Below, in pieces: positions 55,720 through 64,000 of a DNA stretch of 64,000 bases; positions within the stretch are counted from its first letter, which is position 1, and each line of letters begins with the position of its first letter. This stretch comes from Longimicrobiales bacterium (GTDB lineage: Bacteria; Gemmatimonadota; Gemmatimonadetes; Longimicrobiales; Gaopeijiaceae): positions 576,001 to 640,000 of the forward strand of contig OZ252251.1 of assembly GCA_965249725.1 (NCBI GenBank). The letters are read 5' to 3'. The notes under the pieces are model-generated. The model was not told the origin of the DNA, did no database searches, and saw only the letters and a program-made list of their open reading frames with translations. Made by a program: the position numbers and the translations under genes.

Positions 55720-57230
55720 GCGGGGACGTGACCGGGGATGGCGCCACGTCGCCCCAGGGGACCGGCCTAGCACGGGAGCTGGGCCTGCTAGGGCTCGCCG
55801 CGACGGGCATCTGCTCCATGCTGGGGGCCGCCATCAACGTGGTCCCCATCATGATTCAGCGGAACGTACCGGGCATCGGCCCTTATGTGCTCCATGCCTA
55901 TATCTACGGGGCGATTCCTGCGATCCTGGCCGCCTTGGCCTACGCGGTCCTGTCCTCTGCCATGCCCCGAGCCGGCGGCAGCTACGTCTACGGAAGCCGC
56001 GGTCTGAGCCCCTACCTCGGCTTCGTCGCCAGCTTCTCGCAGTGGTTCGGTCTCAGCATCGCGATCGGTGTCGTGTCATACGTAATGATCCCCTTCCTGA
56101 GGGACATCGCGTCGGCTGTCGGCTGGCATCCCCTCGCCGAGAGTCTCGACGTGGGTGTGGTTCGTGTGACCTTGGCGCTCGCCTTCCTCTGGACGTTCGT
56201 GGGGGTCAACCTGCGGGGCGTGCGGCTGTATGAGAGGACCTTGGTTCCGTTGATGTTCGTGATGTTCGTGTTGGGAGCCGTCGTCATCGTCGCGGGCTTC
56301 TCGTTCGATCACCAGGACTTCGCCGCGGCGATCCAGTTGAGAGAAGGGCGGACCATTCCCGATGCGGTCGCTCCTCCTTTCAAGATCAGCACGTATCTGA
56401 CCGCGTCGGCTCTCCTCTTCTCGAGCTTCATCGGGTTCGACTCGATCGCACAGGCAGGCGGCGAGGCGAAGAACCCGGCTCGCGCCCTTCCTCTGGCCAT
56501 CGGGATCGCCGTTGTCACGGTAGGCAGCTTCTACATGCTGTTCACTGCGGCGGTCTACCACGCGGTACCCTGGAGCTACGTGGCCGAGCAGGCCCAGGTC
56601 CAGGATCTCACCGCGCCCGGCTTGCTGGGGTACCTTCTGCCGCCCGCCTGGACGGTGGCGATCGTGGCCGGAGCGGCCGTTGCGTTGATGAACGACCTGC
56701 CGGCGATGCTACTCGCGGTGTCGAGGTTGATGTTCGCGTGGGCCGAGGACGGGATCTTCCCTCGCAGTGTGGCGAAGGTGCATCCGGAGTGGCACACGCC
56801 GCATGTGGCCATCCTCCTCAGTGGTCTCATGGCGTCGGTTGGCATCCTCGGAAGTCACATGGCCGGTGATTTCTTCTTGGGCATCGACATCCTCGTCACG
56901 TCGATGTTGGTCAACTTCCTCGTCATGTGCCTGGCCGTACTCGCGCTGCCGCGACGTAACCCCGATATCGCACGCGACGTGAGCGTCCTGCCTTCTCGCC
57001 CGCTACAGGTTGGCGTCGCGACACTGGGAATCGTGATGCTCTCGATCTTTCTCGTGGTCCATGTCTGGAAGGACTTGAGCACGACCGTGGATGCCTGGTA
57101 TTTCCACTCGACCCCGGTGTGGTTGGGCGTAATGGCGGTCGCCACGGTCATCTATCTGAAGGAGCTTCGCAACCTCCGGTCACAAGGCGTCGACGTCGAT
57201 GAGCTCTTCTCGACGCTCCCGCCGGAATAG
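55644..57230 (+). CDS. APC family amino-acid/polyamine permease
   Basis: LARELG, MPRAGGSYVY, FIGFDSIAQAGGEAKNP, SRLMFAWAEDG, TPHVA; about 12 TM. Four alternative in-frame ATGs lie in the repeat. Confidence 0.92.
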   Translation: MSGGSVPGMSGGSVPGMSGGRVPGMSGDVTGDGATSPQGTGLARELGLLGLAATGICSMLGAAINVVPIMIQRNVPGIGPYVLHAYIYGAIPAILAALAYAVLSSAMPRAGGSYVYGSRGLSPYLGFVASFSQWFGLSIAIGVVSYVMIPFLRDIASAVGWHPLAESLDVGVVRVTLALAFLWTFVGVNLRGVRLYERTLVPLMFVMFVLGAVVIVAGFSFDHQDFAAAIQLREGRTIPDAVAPPFKISTYLTASALLFSSFIGFDSIAQAGGEAKNPARALPLAIGIAVVTVGSFYMLFTAAVYHAVPWSYVAEQAQVQDLTAPGLLGYLLPPAWTVAIVAGAAVALMNDLPAMLLAVSRLMFAWAEDGIFPRSVAKVHPEWHTPHVAILLSGLMASVGILGSHMAGDFFLGIDILVTSMLVNFLVMCLAVLALPRRNPDIARDVSVLPSRPLQVGVATLGIVMLSIFLVVHVWKDLSTTVDAWYFHSTPVWLGVMAVATVIYLKELRNLRSQGVDVDELFSTLPPE

Positions 57231-57239
57231 GTCCGGCCC

Positions 57240-58733
57240 ATGACCGATCCAATGGAGCGCGAAACGCAGCCGAGGCGAGATGGGCGCGTCGAGCGAGTCG
57301 AACTCGCCCCCGGCTTCAGTATTTCGCGGGTGCTTACCGGCCTATGGCAGGTCGCCGACATGGAGCGGGAGGGAAGCGAGCTGGACCCCGACTCCGCGTC
57401 CGAGGCCATGAGACCGTACGTCGAGGCGGGATTCACCACGTACGACATGGCCGACCACTACGGCTCGTCCGAGGTGATCGCCGGTCGATTCCGGAAGCAT
57501 CAGGGAGGCGACCCGCCGGTCGAGCTACTGACGAAGTGGGTGCCCAAGCCGGGGCGCTTATCGCGCGACGACGTGAGGGATGCGGTTCAGCTATCGCTCG
57601 ACCGAATGGAGGCCGAGCGCATCGACCTCCTCCAGTTCCATGCCTGGAGCTATGCGGACGCCGGATGGTTGGACTGCCTCTTCTGGCTGCAGGAGCTGAA
57701 GGACGAGGGGCTGATCGGCCATTTGGGGCTGACCAATGTGGACTCGGCGCACCTGAGCATTGCGGTGCACAGTGGCATCGAGGTGGTCTCGAATCAGGTG
57801 TGCTACTCCCTCATCGACCAGAGGGCGCGAGGGAGTATGACCGATCTTTGCGTGGAACACGGGGTCAAGCTCTTGGCGTTCGGCACGGTGGCAGGTGGCC
57901 TGCTCACCGAGCGATGGTTGGGGGCTCCCAAGCCCGACGTGGATGCGCTGGAGACCTGGTCGCAGATGAAGTACTGGCGGTTCGTCGATGCAGCCGGGGG
58001 TTGGGACGCCTTTCAGGGGCTCCTGGCCGCAGTGCGTGGTGTGGCCGACAAACACGGAGTCTCGATGGCGAACGTGGCCTGTCGTCACATTCTGGAGCAG
58101 CCGGCGGTGGGCGGTGTGATCATCGGCGCTCGGCTCGGCGAGAGTGACCATATCGAGGACAATCTCAGGCTGTTCGACTTCTCGCTCGACGAAGAGGACT
58201 CGTCGGAGATCCGGGCGGCGATGTCCGATCTCGGGCTCGTCCCTGGCGACTGCGGCGACGAGTACCGGAAGCCTCCCTTCCTGACGGCTTCTGGTGACCT
58301 GAGCCATCACTTCGACTCGTTCCCTCCTCCCTACGTCGCCGAAGAGCGACCGGATGGCCGTAGTCTGGTGCTCACGGGCACGATGTGGGAGGACCTGGCA
58401 GGGTTCAGTCGGGCGGTTCGCAAGGGGTCGCACATATGGGTGTCCGGCACCACCGCCACTCACGGGGCCCGAGCCATCGGCGGATCGGATCCCGCTGCTC
58501 AGACGCACTTCGTCATCGACAAGATCGAGGGGGCGATCCAATCGTTGGGAGGGCGTCTCGAGGACGTGGTCCGGACCCGTATCTACGTACCCGACGTCGG
58601 CGATTGGGACCCGATCTCGCGTGCTCACGGAGAGCGGTTTCGCTCGATCCTCCCCGCCAACACATTGATTCATGCAGGGTTGGTGGGGGAGCGGTATCTC
58701 GTTGAGATCGAAGCTGAGGCAGTGGTGTCATGA
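57240..58733 (+). CDS. Aldo/keto reductase fused to a C-terminal Rid (YjgF/UK114) domain
   Basis: GLWQ, DMADHYG, TKW, QFH, GLTN, SNQV; C-terminal GFSRAVR..VSGTTA..VRTRIY..VEIEAEA. Confidence 0.88.
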   Translation: MTDPMERETQPRRDGRVERVELAPGFSISRVLTGLWQVADMEREGSELDPDSASEAMRPYVEAGFTTYDMADHYGSSEVIAGRFRKHQGGDPPVELLTKWVPKPGRLSRDDVRDAVQLSLDRMEAERIDLLQFHAWSYADAGWLDCLFWLQELKDEGLIGHLGLTNVDSAHLSIAVHSGIEVVSNQVCYSLIDQRARGSMTDLCVEHGVKLLAFGTVAGGLLTERWLGAPKPDVDALETWSQMKYWRFVDAAGGWDAFQGLLAAVRGVADKHGVSMANVACRHILEQPAVGGVIIGARLGESDHIEDNLRLFDFSLDEEDSSEIRAAMSDLGLVPGDCGDEYRKPPFLTASGDLSHHFDSFPPPYVAEERPDGRSLVLTGTMWEDLAGFSRAVRKGSHIWVSGTTATHGARAIGGSDPAAQTHFVIDKIEGAIQSLGGRLEDVVRTRIYVPDVGDWDPISRAHGERFRSILPANTLIHAGLVGERYLVEIEAEAVVS

Positions 58734-59263
58734 TTACGATAGCAGACGACAACCCGGCGTGGGCGACGTGGTTCGAAGAGGTCGAGGCGTGCCTCTTGGC
58801 GGAGTTGCCCGCCGAGAGTGGGATCGTGAGGGTCGAGCATATAGGCAGCACAGCCGTGCCCGGACTCGCGGCTAAGCCGATCATCGACATTCATGTCGTG
58901 ATCGGTGACCACTCCCAGTTGGGCAGCATTATTCGCTCGCTCGCTCACCTGGGGTACATCTACGAAGGAGACCGGGGAGCCATGGGCCAAGAGGCCTTCC
59001 GGCGGAGGGGGCCCGACGTCCCGCTTCGGGATCCCAAAAGGGACTGGGCGCCCCATCACCTGTATGTCTCGGTCGAGGGGAGCCGGGAGCTGGATCGACA
59101 CCTCGCTCTACGCGACCACATGCGCGAGGAGGAGGCCGATCGAGAGGCCTATGCCACGCTCAAGCGTGATCTCGCGGGCCGTGAGGACATGGACCTGGAG
59201 GCGTACACGGCGGGCAAGTCGGAATTCATCGAGGGGATCTTGGGAAAGGAAGGGCGGTGGTAG
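58730..59263 (+). CDS. GrpB/UPF0157 nucleotidyltransferase-fold protein
   Basis: EHIGSTAVPGLAAKPIIDI, HHLYV, YATLK, YTAGKSEFI. Confidence 0.9.
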   Translation: MITIADDNPAWATWFEEVEACLLAELPAESGIVRVEHIGSTAVPGLAAKPIIDIHVVIGDHSQLGSIIRSLAHLGYIYEGDRGAMGQEAFRRRGPDVPLRDPKRDWAPHHLYVSVEGSRELDRHLALRDHMREEEADREAYATLKRDLAGREDMDLEAYTAGKSEFIEGILGKEGRW

Positions 59264-60492
59264 GGGCGGGCGTCGCCTCTGTAGATGAGATCCGCGCTCA
59301 CTTCCCGGCGCTGGAGAGGATCGAAGGGGGGCATGCCGTGGCGTACTTCGACGGCCCGGGTGGGACACAGGTTCCCAGAGCGGTGGCCGAGGCGTCGACG
59401 GACTACCTCTATCGGCACAATGCGAACACGCACTGGAACTACCCGAGCAGCTTGGAGACGGACGAATCCCTCGCTGCCGCCAGGGGCGCGCTAGCAGACC
59501 TGATCGGGGCCGGGTCGAACGAGATGGTGTTCGGCGCGAACATGACGACGCTGACCTTCCACGTGAGCCGGGCCCTGGGGACGGCGTGGGCCCCGGGGGA
59601 CGAGATCGTGGTCACGGAGCTCGACCATCAAGCCAATCAGGCACCCTGGCGGGCCCTGGCGTCGGAGCGAGGGCTGACCGTGCGGACCGTGCCGATGGAC
59701 CTCGACGACGGCACGCTGGATTGGGGGACGTTCGAAGAGATCGTCGGTCCTCAGACACGCCTGCTGGCCGTGGGCGCCGCATCGAACGCCCTAGGCACGA
59801 TCAATGACCTCACGAGGGCCGCCGAGCTGGCGCGCTCGGTGGGTGCGTATCTGTTCGTGGACGCGGTGCACTTCGCCCCACACGAGGTGATGGACGCTCG
59901 GGCGCTCGGCTGTGACTTCCTGGGCTGTTCGGCCTACAAGTTCTACGGGCCTCACGTGGGTGTGATGTACATCCGTGAGGAGCTGGGTGACTCTCTGGTG
60001 CCACCCCGGCTGCCGTGTTCGGGCAGTGAGATGCCCGAACGGTATGAGACCGGCACGTTGAATCACGAGGGTCTGGTCGGGGCGGGGGCGGCAGTGGAGT
60101 TCTTGGCGGATCTGGCCACTGCGGGGGGAAGTCGCCGTGAACGTCTGGAGACGGTCCTGGGAGCGCTCCACCTCAGGGGGCAGGAACTCTTGGAACGGCT
60201 GTGGTCTGGACTCGACGAGCTGCCCGGAGTGCGCCTCTACGGCCCCGCACCAGGGCGTCCTCGTACCCCCACGGTCGCCTTCACGGTGGACGGCGTGTCC
60301 TCTGGTGACGTCGCCGCACGGCTGTCCGACCGGTTCGGTGTCTTCGTCTCACACGGTGACTTCTACGCGTCCGGGGTCACGGAGGCGTTCGGTCTGACGG
60401 ATCAGGGGTTGATACGGGCGGGGTGTGCGTGCTACACGACCGAGGACGAAGTCGATCGACTACTGGAGGGCGTAACGGCCCTGGCGGGATAG
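59257..60492 (+). CDS. Cysteine-desulfurase-like PLP enzyme (class V, VC1184-like subfamily)
   Basis: YFDGPGGTQVP, GANMTT, LDHQAN, VDAVH, SAYKFYGPH, ETGT. Confidence 0.9.
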   Translation: MVGAGVASVDEIRAHFPALERIEGGHAVAYFDGPGGTQVPRAVAEASTDYLYRHNANTHWNYPSSLETDESLAAARGALADLIGAGSNEMVFGANMTTLTFHVSRALGTAWAPGDEIVVTELDHQANQAPWRALASERGLTVRTVPMDLDDGTLDWGTFEEIVGPQTRLLAVGAASNALGTINDLTRAAELARSVGAYLFVDAVHFAPHEVMDARALGCDFLGCSAYKFYGPHVGVMYIREELGDSLVPPRLPCSGSEMPERYETGTLNHEGLVGAGAAVEFLADLATAGGSRRERLETVLGALHLRGQELLERLWSGLDELPGVRLYGPAPGRPRTPTVAFTVDGVSSGDVAARLSDRFGVFVSHGDFYASGVTEAFGLTDQGLIRAGCACYTTEDEVDRLLEGVTALAG

Positions 60493-60550
60493 TCTCCCAC
60501 CAGGGCCGTCACCGGTAGCGGTCTTCCCCCCGACCTACTACGGCAGTTCC

Positions 60551-61246
60551 CTACAGAATTTCGTGGAGTTCAACCTCGAAGATCAGCGTCGAGTTGGGCC
60601 CGATGATGCTTCCGGCGGCTTGCATTCCGTACGCGATACTGGCGGGGATGAAAAAGCGGTAGTGGCTTCCCACCGGCATGAGCTGAAGCCCCTCGCCGAA
60701 GCCCGGGATGACCCCGTTCACACCGAATTCCGTGGGCTCGCCACGCTCGTACGAGCTGTCGAACTCGGTACCGTCGAGCAGCGTGCCACGGTAGTCGACT
60801 TTTAGGCGCGACTCTGCGGTGGGCGTGGGTCCGTCGCCCTGGGTCAGGATCTCATACTGGAGACCGCTGTCGGTCACCATGATCCCATCCTTCGTGGCGT
60901 TCTCGGCGAGGAAAGCATCCCCTTCGGCCGCGTTCTTGTCCATGGCTTCCTGCTGAGCCGCCATAGCGGCCTCCTGGACCTGTTGGCCCACCCGCTGCCT
61001 AACGGCTGCGAGCGTATCCACGTTGATGGCCATCTCATTCCCGGCCATCGCATCCTCGATGCCACGCATGACCGCTGGGAGGTCGAAGAACTTCTTGTTC
61101 GGCTCGAACTGCGTGCCGATCTCCGTTCCGATCGAGTAGCTCGCCTTCTGAATGTCGGTGTCCAGAGAGGCCGTGCCACCGCCGGCCTGACACGCGGCAG
61201 TGAAAATCGAGGCGAAAGCCGCCACCTGCTGTAACCGAAAACGCAT
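60551..61246 (-). CDS. FKBP-type peptidyl-prolyl isomerase (FkpA/Mip-like)
   Basis: SYSIG N-domain, SGLQY, YRGTLLDGTEFDSS, VIPG, IGPNSTLIFEVEL. Confidence 0.93.
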   Translation of the reverse strand: MRFRLQQVAAFASIFTAACQAGGGTASLDTDIQKASYSIGTEIGTQFEPNKKFFDLPAVMRGIEDAMAGNEMAINVDTLAAVRQRVGQQVQEAAMAAQQEAMDKNAAEGDAFLAENATKDGIMVTDSGLQYEILTQGDGPTPTAESRLKVDYRGTLLDGTEFDSSYERGEPTEFGVNGVIPGFGEGLQLMPVGSHYRFFIPASIAYGMQAAGSIIGPNSTLIFEVELHEIL

Positions 61247-61403
61247 GTGCCATCCTTTTTGAGGGAGTACGAATCTATCGCAGATGCCGCAGAGGGCCAA
61301 CGGTTCAGGGCTGAATAGAGACTGACGGGCTCGACCCGTAGCCGAGGGTGCTCGCCCGTCGCTGCGGTGAGAGCGAAGTAGGAGGGTCCTTCGCCCTTGC
61401 GAG

Positions 61404-61703
61404 CTAGCCCTCGGGGCCCGAGCTCGCTCCTGCTTTTCGGAGGTAACGATCGGCCAACTGCACTCGACGATCGTCACCCTGTTCGAGGGCTTCTGCATGG
61501 ATCGCTCGGATGTGGGAAACGAGGGCAGGCTCTCCCCACCGGTATCCCGTTGCGAGTTCGGCGCTCTTCGAGTTGCCTTGATTGGCCCCTTCGATCAAGG
61601 CCCGAGCCGCCGCCTCGTTGAAGTGAGGCGAGTCGGGATCGGGTAGTTCATAGCGGGGCTCCGGCTCCGGATTCGCATCTTCTTTGACAAACGCTCTCGA
61701 CAT
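61404..61703 (-). CDS. Small hypothetical protein with an MSRAFVKE N-terminus
   Basis: 99-aa ORF co-directional with its neighbours, starting 5 bp after the thioesterase stop. Confidence 0.65.
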   Translation of the reverse strand: MSRAFVKEDANPEPEPRYELPDPDSPHFNEAAARALIEGANQGNSKSAELATGYRWGEPALVSHIRAIHAEALEQGDDRRVQLADRYLRKAGASSGPEG

Positions 61704-61708
61704 GGTCT

Positions 61709-62125
61709 CTACCGGTGGAACGGTTCCTGGAGCGCGGCGTCCAGCCGCCGGGGCCGCATCGAGCGGGCGTTGAGCGGGCAGTAGACGCTCCTGGCGCGCG
61801 CGAGGACCTGGCCGTCTGCTTTTCGGACGATCTCAGTGTGTCGACCCCAAGTCGTGGGCGTGGCTTCGCCGACCCAGGTACGTGCGATGATCTCGTCACC
61901 GAGATGGGCCGGTCGCTCGTAGTCGATCTCGTGGCGGACGACCACCCAGACCGTGTCGGCGATCTGCTCGGGGCTCGCGACCCGCATCCAGTGGTCCGTG
62001 GCTACGTCCTGGATCCAGGAGAGGTAGACCACGTTGTTCACGTGCCCGAGCCCGTCGATGTCCTCCTCGCGAACGTGGAGGGCCAACTCGTGCGTGCGCG
62101 ACGGCGGTGCGGATCCGTCAGACAT
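61709..62125 (-). CDS. Acyl-CoA thioesterase (4HBT/YbgC hot-dog family)
   Basis: DIDGLGHVNNVVYL, WVVVRHEIDY, ARTWV. Confidence 0.9.
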   Translation of the reverse strand: MSDGSAPPSRTHELALHVREEDIDGLGHVNNVVYLSWIQDVATDHWMRVASPEQIADTVWVVVRHEIDYERPAHLGDEIIARTWVGEATPTTWGRHTEIVRKADGQVLARARSVYCPLNARSMRPRRLDAALQEPFHR

Positions 62126-62138
62126 TGCCGCCCAGGAC

Positions 62139-63728
62139 CTAGTCCACATGCCCCATGATCTTCTTCACGCCCGGACTCACCAACAGTGCCACGATGCCGG
62201 CGCCGCCGATGATCATTGCCACGGTTCTGAAGAGGGCGAAGGGCGGCAAGGTCTCGAGATTTCCTGCCACCAGCCCTGCGATGAGGTTTCCGAGCGCGGT
62301 CGCTACGAACCAGACGCCCATCATCTGACCGACCCGTCCCTTCGGGGCCAGCTTGGTGATGGATGAGAGTCCGACCGGGGAGAGACACAGCTCACCCATC
62401 GTATGCAGGAAGTACATCACGACCAGCCAGGACGGCGAAGCGAGGTTGTCCACCGTTGCATTCGCGGCTCCCCACGAGATGACGAAGAACCCCGCGGCCA
62501 ATCCCAGTAGGCCCAGGGAGAACTTCACCGGGATCGACGGGCTCGCATTCCGCTTCGCGAGCCAGAGCCACACGTACGCGAAGACGGGTGAAAAAACGAT
62601 GATCATCCCCGCGTTCACCGACTGCAGGAAGCCGGCGGGCATCAGCCATCCGAAGAAGTCGCGGTCGGTCAGGTCCTGAGCGAACAGATTGAGAGACGAG
62701 CCTGCCTGTTCGAAGCCCGACCAGAAAAAGGCAGCCAGCACGAAGAGCCAGAGGATGACGGACAGACGTCGCTTTTCCTCTCCGCTATGACCGCCGAAGC
62801 CCAGCAGATACACGAAGTAGAGTCCGATCAGGATCAGGATGCTGCTTCCCAGCCCGGTCGCGATCTGGGTGAGGTTCAGGGGGATCGTCCCCTGGGCGAC
62901 CAGCCATCCGAACAGAACGATGGCACTCAGGCTACCGAAGAAGACGGTGTAGAACTTCCGGGCCAGGGCGGCCACTTCGGCGGGCGTGTCTTCTGTTTGC
63001 AAGATCCCGGCGTCGCCGAGGTACTTGATGCCCATCCTGAATTGAATGAGGCCCAACGTCATGCCGAACCCCGCCAGCGAGAAGCCCCAGTGCCAGTTGT
63101 AGCCCTCGCCCAGGAAGGCGCATCCGAGAGGACCGAGTAGCGCTCCCAGGTTGATCCCCATGTAGAAGACGGAGAATCCGGCGTCCCGCTCGGCGCCTCC
63201 CTGAGGGTACAGGTCGCCCACCACCGTGCTGACGTTCGGCTTCAGTAGCCCGGTCCCCATCACGATCAGGACAAGCCCGAGGTAGAATGTGAACTCCGTG
63301 GGGACGGCCATGCTGAAGTGGCCGGCAGCGATGATCCAGCCGCCGACGTAGACTGCCTTGCGCTGGCCCCAGAGGTTGTCGGCGACCCACCCACCCGGCA
63401 GCGCAAGCAGGTACACGAGGGCGGTGTAGAGCCCGTAGATGGCGGCCGCAGTTCCCACGTCCAGGCCCATGCCCGGGTTGTTACCGGTCGTGGCCGCCGT
63501 CATGAACAGGATGAGCAGAGCCCGCATCCCGTAGTAGGAGAAACGCTCCCACATCTCCGTGAAGAAGAGCGTGGCCAGTCCCCTCGGTTGTCCCAAGAAC
63601 TGGCGACCCTCGCTCGACCTTGGTGCTCCCGGTCCTGTTCCTGCTCCTACGTATGCGGAAGTCGTGCTCAAAACGGCTCCGATCCTGGGAGTGAGGCGTT
63701 CTCGTCTCGCTACTATGCCGGTCTCCAA
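62139..63728 (-). CDS. POT/PTR proton-dependent oligopeptide transporter
   Basis: TEMWERFSYYGMR (ExxERF), GTGLLKPN, FYMGINLG, EQAGSS, GELCLSPVGLS. The true start may be TTG at 63671. Confidence 0.95.
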   Translation of the reverse strand: METGIVARRERLTPRIGAVLSTTSAYVGAGTGPGAPRSSEGRQFLGQPRGLATLFFTEMWERFSYYGMRALLILFMTAATTGNNPGMGLDVGTAAAIYGLYTALVYLLALPGGWVADNLWGQRKAVYVGGWIIAAGHFSMAVPTEFTFYLGLVLIVMGTGLLKPNVSTVVGDLYPQGGAERDAGFSVFYMGINLGALLGPLGCAFLGEGYNWHWGFSLAGFGMTLGLIQFRMGIKYLGDAGILQTEDTPAEVAALARKFYTVFFGSLSAIVLFGWLVAQGTIPLNLTQIATGLGSSILILIGLYFVYLLGFGGHSGEEKRRLSVILWLFVLAAFFWSGFEQAGSSLNLFAQDLTDRDFFGWLMPAGFLQSVNAGMIIVFSPVFAYVWLWLAKRNASPSIPVKFSLGLLGLAAGFFVISWGAANATVDNLASPSWLVVMYFLHTMGELCLSPVGLSSITKLAPKGRVGQMMGVWFVATALGNLIAGLVAGNLETLPPFALFRTVAMIIGGAGIVALLVSPGVKKIMGHVD

Positions 63729-63829
63729 CCTCTATCTCGGGTTTCTTCTCCCGTACGGCAAGGGCGGGTAGGTTGGTCACCGGCGCTTCATCTGTCCCCA
63801 ACTTGCGAGGAAGGCCCGCCACGTCCCAG

Positions 63830-64000
63830 ATGCGTTCGCTCCCCAGAAACGTTTGGGTCCTCTCCCTCACGAGCTTCTTCCGTGACATCGCGAGCGAGAT
63901 GCTCGTGCATCTGCTTCCGCTCTTTCTTGCGAACGTCCTGAGCGTACGGATCGCCGTCATCGGTCTCATCGAAGGTGTGGCCGAGACTACGGCCAGCCTC
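63830..64000 (+). CDS. MFS transporter, 5' part only
   Basis: Own translation MRSLPRNVWVLSLTSFFRDIASEMLVHLLPLFL...IGLIEGVAETTASL, open to the window end. Confidence 0.85.
   Translation, partial: MRSLPRNVWVLSLTSFFRDIASEMLVHLLPLFLANVLSVRIAVIGLIEGVAETTASL

Overview
High-GC bacterial window with about 50 genes. It has no rRNA, tRNA, CRISPR array or recognisable mobile element. The gene content (SusC/SusD pair, DUF5916, TonB plug-like lipoprotein, many secreted peptidases and Tat substrates) suggests a Gemmatimonadota-like heterotroph; this is an inference. The most notable element is a co-directional respiratory cluster at 41481-49773: a type-1-copper-like lipoprotein, a CydA-like oxidase with no Q-loop and no cydB, three membrane c-type cytochromes (5 CxxCH motifs in total, one fused to an EbdC/DOMON-like domain) and a Tat-exported spermidine-dehydrogenase-like flavoprotein. 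It resembles the unusual bd-like oxidases described from Nitrospirota. Other oddities are a PQQ-type dehydrogenase with a lanthanide-type DxD motif split by one in-frame TAG, a 4x24-bp tandem repeat that duplicates an ATGA stop/start junction, a deletion scar joining a leucine-dehydrogenase N-terminal stub to an AroM-like C-terminus, a Tat-exported TldD/E pair, a CAZyme-free SusCD locus, and a long operon joining glycoside 3-dehydrogenase-type genes to amino-acid-type genes. All family calls come from reading motifs by eye; no searches were run.
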